From the NCBI GenBank assembly GCA_034433275.1, contig DAOUAT010000463.1, positions 1,090-33,089 of the forward strand: 32,000 bases of DNA, written 5' to 3'. Position numbers and translations under genes: made by a program. The DNA is from Anaerolineae bacterium. Lineage in GTDB: Bacteria; Chloroflexota; Anaerolineae; CG2-30-64-16. Of the stretch, positions 1 to 7,768 are shown piece by piece. Within the stretch, counting starts at the first letter, position 1, and the number at the start of each line of letters is the position of its first letter. The notes below the pieces were generated by a model. That model saw only the letters and a list, made by a program, of their open reading frames with translations. It did no database searches and was not told the DNA's origin.

Positions 1-264
1 CCGTGCGATGACATCCCGCTGGACGCTGTCTGCGGCTGGCAGCGGGTGGCCGCGTTCACCGGTGAGACCGATTTATTCATCAAGCCCGGCCACAGCTTTC
101 GCGCGGTGGATGTGATGGTCACCAATTTCCACCTGCCCAAATCCACGCTGCTGATGCTGGTCAGTGCGTTCGCCGGTAAGTCCCTGATCGATCGCGCTTA
201 TGCCGAGGCAATTCGAGAGCGTTATCGTTTTTACAGTTTCGGGGACGCGATGGTCATCCTCTGA
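1..264 (+). CDS. queA: S-adenosylmethionine:tRNA ribosyltransferase-isomerase (QueA), C-terminal fragment; the 5' end lies outside the window
   Basis: Frame 1 is open from base 1. The translation ...[20 protein letters not shown]...[22 protein letters not shown] matches the conserved QueA C-terminus. Confidence 0.85.
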   Translation, partial: PCDDIPLDAVCGWQRVAAFTGETDLFIKPGHSFRAVDVMVTNFHLPKSTLLMLVSAFAGKSLIDRAYAEAIRERYRFYSFGDAMVIL

Positions 265-293
265 ACCGCCGTCAACTCCGAGAATCGCCAGCG

Positions 294-323
294 CGTAGCG
301 CAAGATGGGCATCTTGCGCTACG
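294..323. terminator. Perfect 13-bp inverted repeat between convergent queA and the peroxiredoxin gene; likely bidirectional transcription terminator hairpin
   Basis: CGTAGCGCAAGAT (294..306), loop GGGC, ATCTTGCGCTACG (311..323). It sits between two convergent stop codons (264 and 362). There is no strong U-tract. Confidence 0.5.
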
Positions 324-361
324 TCTTCATGGGCCGTCGCAACGCCCGCGGCATGAGAAAC

Positions 362-1126
362 TCACCCGAGGCCCAACGCCTTGGCTACCAGGCCCTCATG
401 CCAATCCACGACGATCGTCCCTTTGATATCGAACGTCGGCGTGGTTTCGAAGCCGCGGGCCCAGCCGCGCACGCGTTTGGCCGCCTCGCGATCTTTGGAG
501 ATGTCTACCTCGACGTAGGCGATGTCGTGCTCCTTCAGCCACGTCCGCGCCTTGCGACAGTCGCCACACCAGGGGGTGCAGTAGAGCATCACAGCGGCTG
601 CGGGCCGCGCGACGGGCGCCGCCGCCGCCAGTTGATCCGCTTTGGCTAACGCGGCCGCGGCCTCCGGCTCCAACTCGTTGAGCACCCGGAAGATCTCGTC
701 ATTGTCCGGCTGTTGGCCGATGTCGTGTACATCCGCATAGCGGATGTGTCCCTGCTTGTCAATGATGAAGATCGAGCGCTCGGAGAATCCTTCTTTCCGC
801 AGCACGCCGTACAGTTGAGAAACCTGCCCGTGCGGGAAGAAGTCGGCCAGCAGCGGGTAGGTGATCCCCTCGAGGCTGTCTGCCCACGCGCGCAGGCAAT
901 CGGTGCTGTCCACGCTGAGGCCCAGGACCTGGGCCTGCATCCCCTCGAACCGGGCCAGGGCGGCCTGGTAGGAAGGGATCTGGCTCGTTCAGACGGGGGT
1001 CCAGGCCAGCGGGAAGAAGGCCAGCACGACGTTCGTCTTACCGCGGTAGTCGCTTAACCGGATGGTGCGGCCATCGTGGCTTTTCAGGATGAAGTCCGGG
1101 GCCAGTTCGCCCACCTTTACAACCAT
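362..1126 (-). CDS. AhpE-type 1-Cys peroxiredoxin fused to a C-terminal mycoredoxin/glutaredoxin-like domain, with in-frame TGA (989..991) at the peroxidatic Cys position: predicted selenoprotein
   Basis: The ORF track lists only 362..940. The same frame continues upstream to ATG 1124..1126, with GGAGG at 1133..1137. It reads [45 protein letters not shown]-[TGA][27 protein letters not shown].... The TGA falls on the Cys of the Prx motif FFPLAFTxxC. The C-terminus [29 protein letters not shown]...TTPTF resembles mycoredoxin/NrdH-type redoxins. Confidence 0.75.
939..979 (-). promoter_or_regulatory. Candidate SECIS-like stem-loop downstream of the peroxiredoxin UGA
   Basis: On the mRNA, the apical hairpin is CCAGG-CCGC-CCUGG (968..955). 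It is enclosed by AUCCCU (979..974) pairing with GGGGAU (944..939). The structure starts about 9 nt after the UGA. Folded by eye only. Confidence 0.3.
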
Positions 1127-1143
1127 AGGTTGCCTCCTCATGA

Positions 1144-1617
1144 CTATTGCAGCGCCGCGCGTGCGGCCGGGGCGCCGATGGTTTCGAGCACCAGGGTTGC
1201 CTTCAGTTCCGCGGCGATGATACCTGATTCCAGGGCGCGGCGCAGCTCAGGTATCGCGGTGTCGCCCAGGCGCAGCAGGCCGTTTTTGGCGGCCATCACT
1301 TCAGGCGGCCGATCACTATACAGGCCGCGGATCAGCGCGCGGGTAGCGGCCGTGCCGCCGATGCGGGCCAGCGCCTCGGCCGCGGTGCGGCCGACCAGGA
1401 TCTCTTCGTCGTTCAGGGTGCGCTCTAGCACTGGGATCGCGCGAAAGTCGCGGCGCTCGCCCAAGACGAAGGCCGCGCGCCACCGGCCATCCGGGTTGAC
1501 ACGCCAGAGCGCCGCGCGCAGCAGCGCCAGATCGGTGTCCGACGCCAGCTCGACCAGGGCCTGGGCGATGTAAGCCTGTGTCCCTACGTCGCGTGGGCCA
1601 GCTTGTGCGCCAGCCAA
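1144..1617 (-). CDS. HEAT-repeat (PBS-lyase-like) protein; start codon uncertain (TTG at 1617 overlaps the upstream gene)
   Basis: Repeated helical units of the type ...[30 protein letters not shown]...[21 protein letters not shown]... typical of HEAT_2/PBS-lyase repeats. Confidence 0.55.
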   Translation of the reverse strand: MAGAQAGPRDVGTQAYIAQALVELASDTDLALLRAALWRVNPDGRWRAAFVLGERRDFRAIPVLERTLNDEEILVGRTAAEALARIGGTAATRALIRGLYSDRPPEVMAAKNGLLRLGDTAIPELRRALESGIIAAELKATLVLETIGAPAARAALQ

Positions 1618-2198
1618 TCGCCGATCCCGGAGAGATCCTCGGTCGGTAGATAGTGCCCTGCGTGGGCGTCGAACAGCACCCGCGCCTGGCCCGGAAACTC
1701 GTCATCGCCTGCCCACAGCAGGGCGGCCATGGGCAACCGCGGCAGCGCGGCGAAGCGATAGGACGCGTCCGCCAGGTCGAGCGGCGCGCCGCCCAGCGCC
1801 TGCGCCGCGCGCCGGAACCCGGCCAAATCGGCCCCGAATCGCTGCGCCAGCAACCCCTCGGCATGCCCCGCGAACGCCTGGGCGTAGAACATGCCGTCCG
1901 GCAGCTCACGAAACGCCAGCCACCGGTCGGCCGGGGACATGCCATCGGCCCGCAGCAGGTAGTGGATCAGCACGATGGCGATGGTGACGTGCGCGGGCTT
2001 GCCGGTGGCCTGCACCAGCGCCTCGCCTGCCGGGTGGGTCACCAGGTGCGGCCGGCCGAAGTAGGGGATCAGCACTCCCTCCGGGGTCAGCGCGCAGCCA
2101 GCCAGCGCCGCGCAGCGCGCCGGGTCAGCCGCAGCCCAATCGGCCTGGGCGCGGTCATACGCGATTTGGAAGCGGCGGTTGGGGTCGAGTTGGCTCAT
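1584..2198 (-). CDS. Conserved hypothetical protein, DUF3786-like (a family I recall as often adjacent to acetyl-CoA pathway genes)
   Basis: 204-aa ORF containing ...IPYFGRPHLVTHP...FRELPDGMFYAQAF...LWAGDDEFPGQARVLFD...YLPTEDL.... Family assignment is from memory only. Confidence 0.45.
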   Translation of the reverse strand: MSQLDPNRRFQIAYDRAQADWAAADPARCAALAGCALTPEGVLIPYFGRPHLVTHPAGEALVQATGKPAHVTIAIVLIHYLLRADGMSPADRWLAFRELPDGMFYAQAFAGHAEGLLAQRFGADLAGFRRAAQALGGAPLDLADASYRFAALPRLPMAALLWAGDDEFPGQARVLFDAHAGHYLPTEDLSGIGDWLAHKLAHAT

Positions 2199-3406
2199 TG
2201 TCTCGGATTAGTATAGTCATTGCCGATCAGCTCACGAGCGATGATCATGCGCATGATGTTCATGCCGCCTTCCGCGCCGATGGAGTAGGAGCGGACCCCG
2301 CGGATGCCCATCTCGATGGGATACTCGGTGGTGTAGCCCATCGCGCCCAGCCAGTTCGCCACCTCGTTGAAGGTTTCGAACGCCATGATGGGCGCGCGCA
2401 GCTTGGCCATCGCGCCGAACAGGGCGACGTCCTTGTGTTTGAAACTGCCGTTCGCGTACATCTCATCGGCCATCCACGCGGCTTTGTAGGTCAGCAGCCG
2501 GGCAGATTCGATGTCGGTGAAGCGCTCGGCCGCGGGGAAGTTGATGCCCTGGTAGGCCGCCAGGGGTTTGCCGAACGACTTGCGCTGTTTGATGTAGTCC
2601 ACGCCCATTTGCAGGGCGGTCTCGGCCGCGCCGCAGCAGGTGGCGCCAATCAACGCGCGCGCATAGGTGTAGCCCTCCATGGCATAGTAGAAGCCGCGGC
2701 CCGCTTCGCCGATGCGGTAGTGGTCGGCCAACGGCAGGCTTTCCATGTTGAACCCGCCGGTGGAGATGCCGGTGCGGCCCCAGTTGTGGATCAGCGTTGT
2801 GGTGACATGGGGGTTGTCCTTGATGTTGACGGCGAAGAAGGTGAAGCCTTTGTGACCGGCAACCGGGTCCGAGCGCACCAGCGTCATGTACGCGCCGCCC
2901 ATGCGCAGCGCCTCGGTGATGCCGCTGATGTAGAGCTTCTCGCCGTTGAGCACCCAACTGCCGTCGGCCGTGCGCTCGGCGCGGGAGCGCGTGACCCCTT
3001 CGATATCGGAGCCGCCGCCGGGCTCGGTGGACGCGATGCCAAGGAAGTTCTTGCCGGCGGTCACACCGGGGAGGATCTCCGCTTTGAGCGCCTCGCTGGC
3101 GTACCGTTCGAAGACAAAGCCCCAACTGGCCTGCACCAGATACATCACCGGGATGGCCAGGCTGATGTCGGCGCGGCCCAATTCCTCCGCGGCGATAGTG
3201 GCCATGGTCATGTTCATGCCCTGGCCCCCATATTTTTCGGACACCGTGGGCGCCCACAACCCCATGTCGGCCATCCCTTTGATGATTTCCTCCGGGATGT
3301 GATGGCCGCTGTCAATCTCGCGCACGCGCGGCGCGATCTTCTTCTGCGCAAAGTCGCGCACCGCCTTGCGCCACATCTGTTGTTCTTCGGTCCAACCAAA
3401 CTCCAT
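2195..3406 (-). CDS. Acyl-CoA dehydrogenase family flavoprotein
   Basis: 403 aa. MEFGWTEEQQMWRKAVRDFAQKKIAP..., ...LGIASTEPGGGSD..., and a C-terminal IGAEGGMNIMRMIIAREL resembling the ACAD signature (IYEGTxxIxxxxIxR). 4-nt overlap with the downstream ORF. Confidence 0.9.
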   Translation of the reverse strand: MEFGWTEEQQMWRKAVRDFAQKKIAPRVREIDSGHHIPEEIIKGMADMGLWAPTVSEKYGGQGMNMTMATIAAEELGRADISLAIPVMYLVQASWGFVFERYASEALKAEILPGVTAGKNFLGIASTEPGGGSDIEGVTRSRAERTADGSWVLNGEKLYISGITEALRMGGAYMTLVRSDPVAGHKGFTFFAVNIKDNPHVTTTLIHNWGRTGISTGGFNMESLPLADHYRIGEAGRGFYYAMEGYTYARALIGATCCGAAETALQMGVDYIKQRKSFGKPLAAYQGINFPAAERFTDIESARLLTYKAAWMADEMYANGSFKHKDVALFGAMAKLRAPIMAFETFNEVANWLGAMGYTTEYPIEMGIRGVRSYSIGAEGGMNIMRMIIARELIGNDYTNPRQ

Positions 3407-3423
3407 GACTTCCTCCTTGAAGT

Positions 3424-3478
3424 GATCAGGGGCCAGGGGGTAATGGTCAGGGTTGTCGCCTGTCTCCTGACTCCTGAC
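3424..3478. repeat. Heptad-type inverted repeat element (TCAGGGG-like units, then TCCTGAC x2)
   Basis: GATCAGGGG / CCAGGGG / GGTCAGGG (3424..3452), a spacer, then TCCTGAC TCCTGAC (3465..3478). GTCAGG pairs with CCTGAC. Lies between the stop of the CBS gene (3482) and the start of the ACAD gene (3406). Confidence 0.35.
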
Positions 3479-3481
3479 GGG

Positions 3482-3898
3482 CTATTCCCGCTCAGTTGTC
3501 TTCACCAGCGCAGCCACCAGGTCGCTGCTGGAGATGATCCCCGCGAGCTTATGCTCCTCGATGACGATGGCATTCTGAATACCGACGCGCGCCATGAGCT
3601 GGGCCACGAAGGGCAGCCGCAAGTTAGGGTTGATCACGATCAGAGGCTTGACCATGATCTCGCCGACCCGCGTGCGCGTGGGGGAAAGCGACTTGGCGAT
3701 CAGGCGGTAAACGATTTCCTGGAATGTCAAGATGCCGTAAGCGTCGTCTTCGTCGGCCCGGTCCACGATCGCCGCCTGACAGTTGCATTTGAACATGGCT
3801 TCGACCGCCTCTTGTACGGTGGCGATTGGCGAAACCAGAGTAAAGTTGCGGTTCATGACGTCACGCGCGCGCAAGGAATAGATCTCGTGAGGTTGCAT
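3482..3898 (-). CDS. Stand-alone CBS-pair domain protein
   Basis: The start is taken at ATG 3896..3898, preceded by AAGGAG. MQPHEIYSLRARDVMNRNFTLVSPIATVQEAVEAMFK...GILTFQEIV...VGEIMVKPLIVINPN...IVIEEHKLAGIISSSDLV gives two CBS motifs. The longer track ORF (to 4252) has a non-protein-like N-terminus. Confidence 0.8.
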   Translation of the reverse strand: MQPHEIYSLRARDVMNRNFTLVSPIATVQEAVEAMFKCNCQAAIVDRADEDDAYGILTFQEIVYRLIAKSLSPTRTRVGEIMVKPLIVINPNLRLPFVAQLMARVGIQNAIVIEEHKLAGIISSSDLVAALVKTTERE

Positions 3899-3953
3899 CG
3901 GGCGGGCTCCTTTACCTGAGTAGTGCAGTCTGGTAGCGTCTATGCCGCGGCAC

Positions 3954-3962
3954 ATTTTATCA
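3954..3962 (-). promoter_or_regulatory. Candidate extended -10 promoter element (TGATAAAAT) for the CBS/ACAD transcription unit
   Basis: The minus strand reads ...CCTA-TGATAAAAT-GTGCC in a locally AT-rich 143-bp gap, about 55 nt upstream of ATG 3898. A weak -35 (TTGCGT) lies at a 19-nt spacing. Confidence 0.3.
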
Positions 3963-4041
3963 TAGGTCACCGGGGGATACGCAATGACGCATGTCACACC
4001 CGGCTTGCCCAATGCGCGCGGGAGGGGTGAGACGCCCGGTG

Positions 4042-4833
4042 TCAGCCATCCGCTCCCCGTTTGGGCCATTGGTAATCCCTGGCGGTGGTGAGGAAGCGGA
4101 AACCATGCTTCTCCAGGATGGGCCGACTCATATCGCTGGCATCTACGGTCAGGAAGCGAAACCCACGGCGCCGGGCTTCGTGGGCCCGAACGGCCAACAA
4201 CGCCGTGTACAGGCCGCGGCCACGATAGGCAGACAGGGTCGAGCCGCCCCACAAGCTTGCGAACCGGGTGCCTGGGTGGAAACGGATCCAGGCCGTGCTG
4301 GCGGGCACGCCATCAGCATAGGCAAGATACAGGCCGAAATTCTCGCCTGCGTTTTGGAGCTCGTCAGCCAATTGTGGCCCCAACCAATCGAATCGCTCCC
4401 CCCACACCGCGTTTTGCACCGCCACCACATCGGCAACCTGCGCAGCGTCCGCGACGCAGCGGATATCATGGCTGATCGGCTGCCATAGGGCGGCGGGCGC
4501 GTCGGTTAGATCGAGGACCATGACCGCTTCGATCTCCTGCGGGATAAAGCCCCGCGCGGCCAGGCGTTCACCCAGATCAGGCGGCGTGTCATGTCCGTAG
4601 AGTTTCCAGCCAAAGTCGATCCCAAGGCTGTCGAAGAAGGCGATCTGATCCGCCACAGCCTGATCGGCATCCTCGGCGCTCAAGGTCGAATAGAGGACGC
4701 ACCCATTGCCACCGAAGCCGGGCAGGGGGATCTGACGCACGACCTGGGGCGTAGCGTCACGACGTGAGCCGTAGAATTCGACATCTCGTCGTTGTTGGCG
4801 ATCGAAGAGGGCAAGCAGTTCAGGGGTATCCAT
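4042..4833 (-). CDS. GNAT family N-acetyltransferase
   Basis: 263 aa. The C-terminal half ...LAYADGVPASTAWIRF...LWGGSTLSAYRGRGLYTALLAVRAHEARRRGFRFLTVDAS...ILEKHGF contains the R-x-x-G-x-G/A acetyl-CoA motif. Confidence 0.7.
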   Translation of the reverse strand: MDTPELLALFDRQQRRDVEFYGSRRDATPQVVRQIPLPGFGGNGCVLYSTLSAEDADQAVADQIAFFDSLGIDFGWKLYGHDTPPDLGERLAARGFIPQEIEAVMVLDLTDAPAALWQPISHDIRCVADAAQVADVVAVQNAVWGERFDWLGPQLADELQNAGENFGLYLAYADGVPASTAWIRFHPGTRFASLWGGSTLSAYRGRGLYTALLAVRAHEARRRGFRFLTVDASDMSRPILEKHGFRFLTTARDYQWPKRGADG

Positions 4834-4851
4834 GATATATTGTCTCAGGCA

Positions 4852-6750
4852 TTACGGCAGCAGCCGGAAGGTTTTGAAGACCTGCTCGATCTGCGACGTC
4901 AGCTCCTGATGGCGTTTCGGCGTAGCGCTGAAGCGGAGGTGGTAGGCCGCGCGGCCGTCAGCAGTGAAGATAAACTCGGATGATTTGCGTCGGCCATCCA
5001 GGTCGGTGAAGACCAGGACCTCCCCGAACTGACCCTCGTCGGTTTGCAGGCGCCAGCGGGTTTCCAACTGGAGATCTCGCTGCCGGGCGCGGTAATCAGC
5101 AATCACGGTGTTGACGTAATCACCAAGGCTCAATTCTCCCAGGCCTAATGCTGTGATGTCAACTGTGCTGATGTGAAGCGCTGCGCCTTCCGGCTCGACA
5201 AAGAGCACAGTGTCGAATTTGACTGTTGGGCTTTCCATCCACTCAGGCGGCAGCTGCAGCGTGAACCGCTCGTATTCGTCCACGTAGATGTTAGGCCCTG
5301 TTTCCCCTGGTTCGGGTGTTGGTGTCACAGTCATGGGCGGACGGGCAGCCGCCAGCGCGTCTTGCTGTGCAGTGACATCTTTGACAGTGAGGACGTAGCC
5401 GCCGGTATCGGGGTCAATGACGAAAAAGCCCCCCTCCTTTTCGACGATGATGAAAAAGAGGCCTGCGAAGGGCGCGCGGTACGTCAGCCGCGCTGCATCG
5501 TCGTAGAGGCCGCCGCCACTATCGCTGTCGAAGGCTACGGTCTCTTCAGTGCCGCCAGGATAATCTATCACCAGCGCCGGGTTAACTGCCAGCGAGTCGG
5601 CCCGGACCTCGATGCTCTGACCAGCGTCCAGGCGGATCTGGTAAAAATCGCTGTCCCGGGGGTGATCCATGTTGCTCCGAACAGTCTGCTCTGGCCCCAG
5701 CGTCTGGCCATCATCGGGGTCAGGGAATAGTTGGAACGGCAGCGTGCTTTCCACCGTGACGGTGATCGGTTCATCGGCCTTTGTACCCACCGATAACAGG
5801 TAGGGGCCCGCGCTGTCCAGGCGGACCTGCCACGACAGGACATCCTGTTCGCTGTTATCGCCCATTTCATACAGGCCGCCCGCAAAGTCGAACAGCACGG
5901 CCTCGAAAGGGCCCGTCCCGACCAGAGTCAGGTTGAGATCATCATCGGGCTGGCCGATAATCTCAAAGGTGCGGTCGTCGTAGCGGTGGGTCAGCACCGA
6001 CTCGAACCTGACCTGGGGCGCCTCTGTCGGCAACCGCCGCGCGCCCAGGCCATCCGGGTGTTCGCCGGCCAGCAAGGCACGCACGCGCGGGACGATGTCG
6101 CCGATGGCGGCAACCAGCGCGAACTGTGAGACCGAGGGCCAGCCCAGGCCCGACATGCCCAGCACCTCGCCCTGGGCCGAGACCAGCACGCCGCCGCTTT
6201 GGCCGCCCAGGATCAACGCATCGGACTGCAGGTAGGTGAAACCGATGGCATCCCATGTGCGCCGCCGCGAGAGGATACCGCGCGTGATGGTGGGCTGGGG
6301 AAAAGCCTCAAACTCGTCGGGGTAACCGATAAGGTAGGTTTCGCTGCCCATCGGCTGGTGTTCGTCGAGGGCCAGGCGCAAGGGCGGCAGGGTCGTTGGC
6401 AGGGGGCCCACCACCGCGATATCGGCCATCAGATCCCAGTTGAGCACCGGTGCGTCGGCAAACTCGTTGCCGTCAGGGAAGACCACGCGCACTGTCGGGT
6501 AGGGGTAGACGACATGCGCGTTGGTCAGCAGATAGCCGCCTTCGAACAGGAAGCTGCTGCCCGTGCCGGCCGGCGTATCAACGAACGCGACCGACGGCGC
6601 GATCTGGGCGAATACTTCGGCTGGGCTGAGCGTCGCCGCGCGGGCCGGCCATCCACCGGCGGGCACCTCGCCCGGTGGCAGGGGGACGCAAGCGGCCAGC
6701 ACGAGCACAAGTAAGACACCAGCGGCTGCAGCGGTGAGTTTGGTGCGCAC
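4852..6750 (-). CDS. Secreted lipoprotein, trypsin-like (S1) serine peptidase with C-terminal pre-peptidase (PPC)-like and additional domains
   Basis: The N-terminus MRTKLTAAAAGVLLVLVLAAC gives a signal peptide plus lipobox Cys. ...YLLTNAHVV... (His), ...DIAVV... (Asp), ...GGQSGGVLVS... (Ser). DSDFYQIRLDAGQSIEV is PPC-like. Confidence 0.75.
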   Translation of the reverse strand: MRTKLTAAAAGVLLVLVLAACVPLPPGEVPAGGWPARAATLSPAEVFAQIAPSVAFVDTPAGTGSSFLFEGGYLLTNAHVVYPYPTVRVVFPDGNEFADAPVLNWDLMADIAVVGPLPTTLPPLRLALDEHQPMGSETYLIGYPDEFEAFPQPTITRGILSRRRTWDAIGFTYLQSDALILGGQSGGVLVSAQGEVLGMSGLGWPSVSQFALVAAIGDIVPRVRALLAGEHPDGLGARRLPTEAPQVRFESVLTHRYDDRTFEIIGQPDDDLNLTLVGTGPFEAVLFDFAGGLYEMGDNSEQDVLSWQVRLDSAGPYLLSVGTKADEPITVTVESTLPFQLFPDPDDGQTLGPEQTVRSNMDHPRDSDFYQIRLDAGQSIEVRADSLAVNPALVIDYPGGTEETVAFDSDSGGGLYDDAARLTYRAPFAGLFFIIVEKEGGFFVIDPDTGGYVLTVKDVTAQQDALAAARPPMTVTPTPEPGETGPNIYVDEYERFTLQLPPEWMESPTVKFDTVLFVEPEGAALHISTVDITALGLGELSLGDYVNTVIADYRARQRDLQLETRWRLQTDEGQFGEVLVFTDLDGRRKSSEFIFTADGRAAYHLRFSATPKRHQELTSQIEQVFKTFRLLP

Positions 6751-6761
6751 AAATGACCTCT

Positions 6762-7094
6762 CTAGCAGACAGGGAACACTGCGCCCATCACGCAGCCGGT
6801 CACGGCCAGGATTTCATCGGCGCTGGCGAAATGGAGCCGGCGCCAGCCCTGGCCCAACACGGTTTGCACCGCTTTCGGGTCGACGCGTCGCGCGCCGGGC
6901 ACGCATGCCATGACGTAGCGGCCTGCGCGACCAGCTTCGCGCAGCAGGACCGACTTGACCATCTCCGCCAGCACGACCCCGCGTTGCTGAGCGGCCGCTT
7001 CAACCGGGAAGACCGCCCCGCCGTGGTGTGGCCGGCGGTAGGGGATGCCGCGGGCGTCTGAGATGTCGGTAATATGGGTCTTGTGAACTGGCAT
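6762..7094 (-). CDS. YbaK/EbsC-type aminoacyl-tRNA editing domain protein, apparently C-terminally truncated
   Basis: From ATG 7092..7094: ...VKSVLLREAGRAGRYVMACVPGARRVDPKAVQTVLGQGWRRLHFASADEILAVTGCVMGAVFPVC*. It aligns to the central part of YbaK and ends right at the GGxSPxG-like loop. About 50 C-terminal residues of the fold are missing, and the next gene starts 12 nt later. Confidence 0.45.
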   Translation of the reverse strand: MPVHKTHITDISDARGIPYRRPHHGGAVFPVEAAAQQRGVVLAEMVKSVLLREAGRAGRYVMACVPGARRVDPKAVQTVLGQGWRRLHFASADEILAVTGCVMGAVFPVC

Positions 7095-7116
7095 GCTTCG
7101 GATTGCCAGAGCGGCG

Positions 7117-7764
7117 CTAACCCTCCCGAACGTCTTGAATGCGAAGATCCGGCAAGGCCTGCAGGGTTTCGACAAGGACATTTTTCGGCAGGTTCGTCAC
7201 CTTCAGCACTGAGGCCCAAACGGCCGGATCGTCAGAGGGATAGGTCGCGAATACCGAGAGATAGCCGCCCTTTTGCGCAATGGCGGTGCTGATGCGTGCC
7301 ACCTCACCGGCACGGTCGGGCTGCAAGACAGTCACACGTACACCCTCGCGTCGGGCGCCCAGCAAGTTCACCATCACGTTGAAGATGTCATTGTCGCTGA
7401 TGATGCCCACCAGATCGCTCCCGCACATCACCGGCAGGCAGCCGATCTTTTTGTCGGCCATGATGCGGGCCGCCTCCTCCAGGGCCACATCTTCTTCGAT
7501 GGTGAACACTTTCTTGACCATGATGTGATGCGCCTTGATCTTGGCCAGCGCATAATTCACTGTAGCCTGGCTTACGCTGATCATGCCGGCAGGAATGGCC
7601 TGCAGCAATGAACGCTGAGTGATCAGTCCCACCAGCCTGCCGTTTTCATCCAGGATCGGCAGATGTCGGAAGTTGTGCTGTTGCATTAAAGCTTGCGCCT
7701 CGGTCACCGACATGTCCGGCCGGCCACAAACAGGATCAGACGTCATGCAATCTTTGACGAGCAT
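7117..7764 (-). CDS. CBS-pair + ACT domain protein (AcuB-like)
   Basis: The start is taken at ATG 7762..7764, 4 nt after the metF2 stop. MLVKDCMTSDPVCGRPDMSVTEAQALMQQHNFRHLPILDENGRLVGLITQRSLL plus a second CBS (HHIMVKKVFTIEEDVALEEAARIMADKKIGCLPVM..LVGIISDNDI), then an ACT-like VRVTVLQPDRAGEVARISTAIAQKGGYL. Confidence 0.75.
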   Translation of the reverse strand: MLVKDCMTSDPVCGRPDMSVTEAQALMQQHNFRHLPILDENGRLVGLITQRSLLQAIPAGMISVSQATVNYALAKIKAHHIMVKKVFTIEEDVALEEAARIMADKKIGCLPVMCGSDLVGIISDNDIFNVMVNLLGARREGVRVTVLQPDRAGEVARISTAIAQKGGYLSVFATYPSDDPAVWASVLKVTNLPKNVLVETLQALPDLRIQDVREG

Positions 7765-7768
7765 ACGA

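Noticed and set aside
362-940. The peroxiredoxin ORF as given by the track (starting at Met 940)
   Set aside because: That start would delete the whole catalytic N-terminal half of the Prx fold. The upstream in-frame 186 nt encode a textbook Prx N-terminus with its own SD and ATG, so the gene was extended through the TGA.
2198-3919. 573-aa plus-strand ORF, the longest plus-strand ORF in the window
   Set aside because: It lies entirely antisense to the clearly recognisable acyl-CoA dehydrogenase and CBS genes. Its translation is Arg/Gly/Ala/His-rich with no motifs. This is a typical shadow ORF of high-GC DNA.
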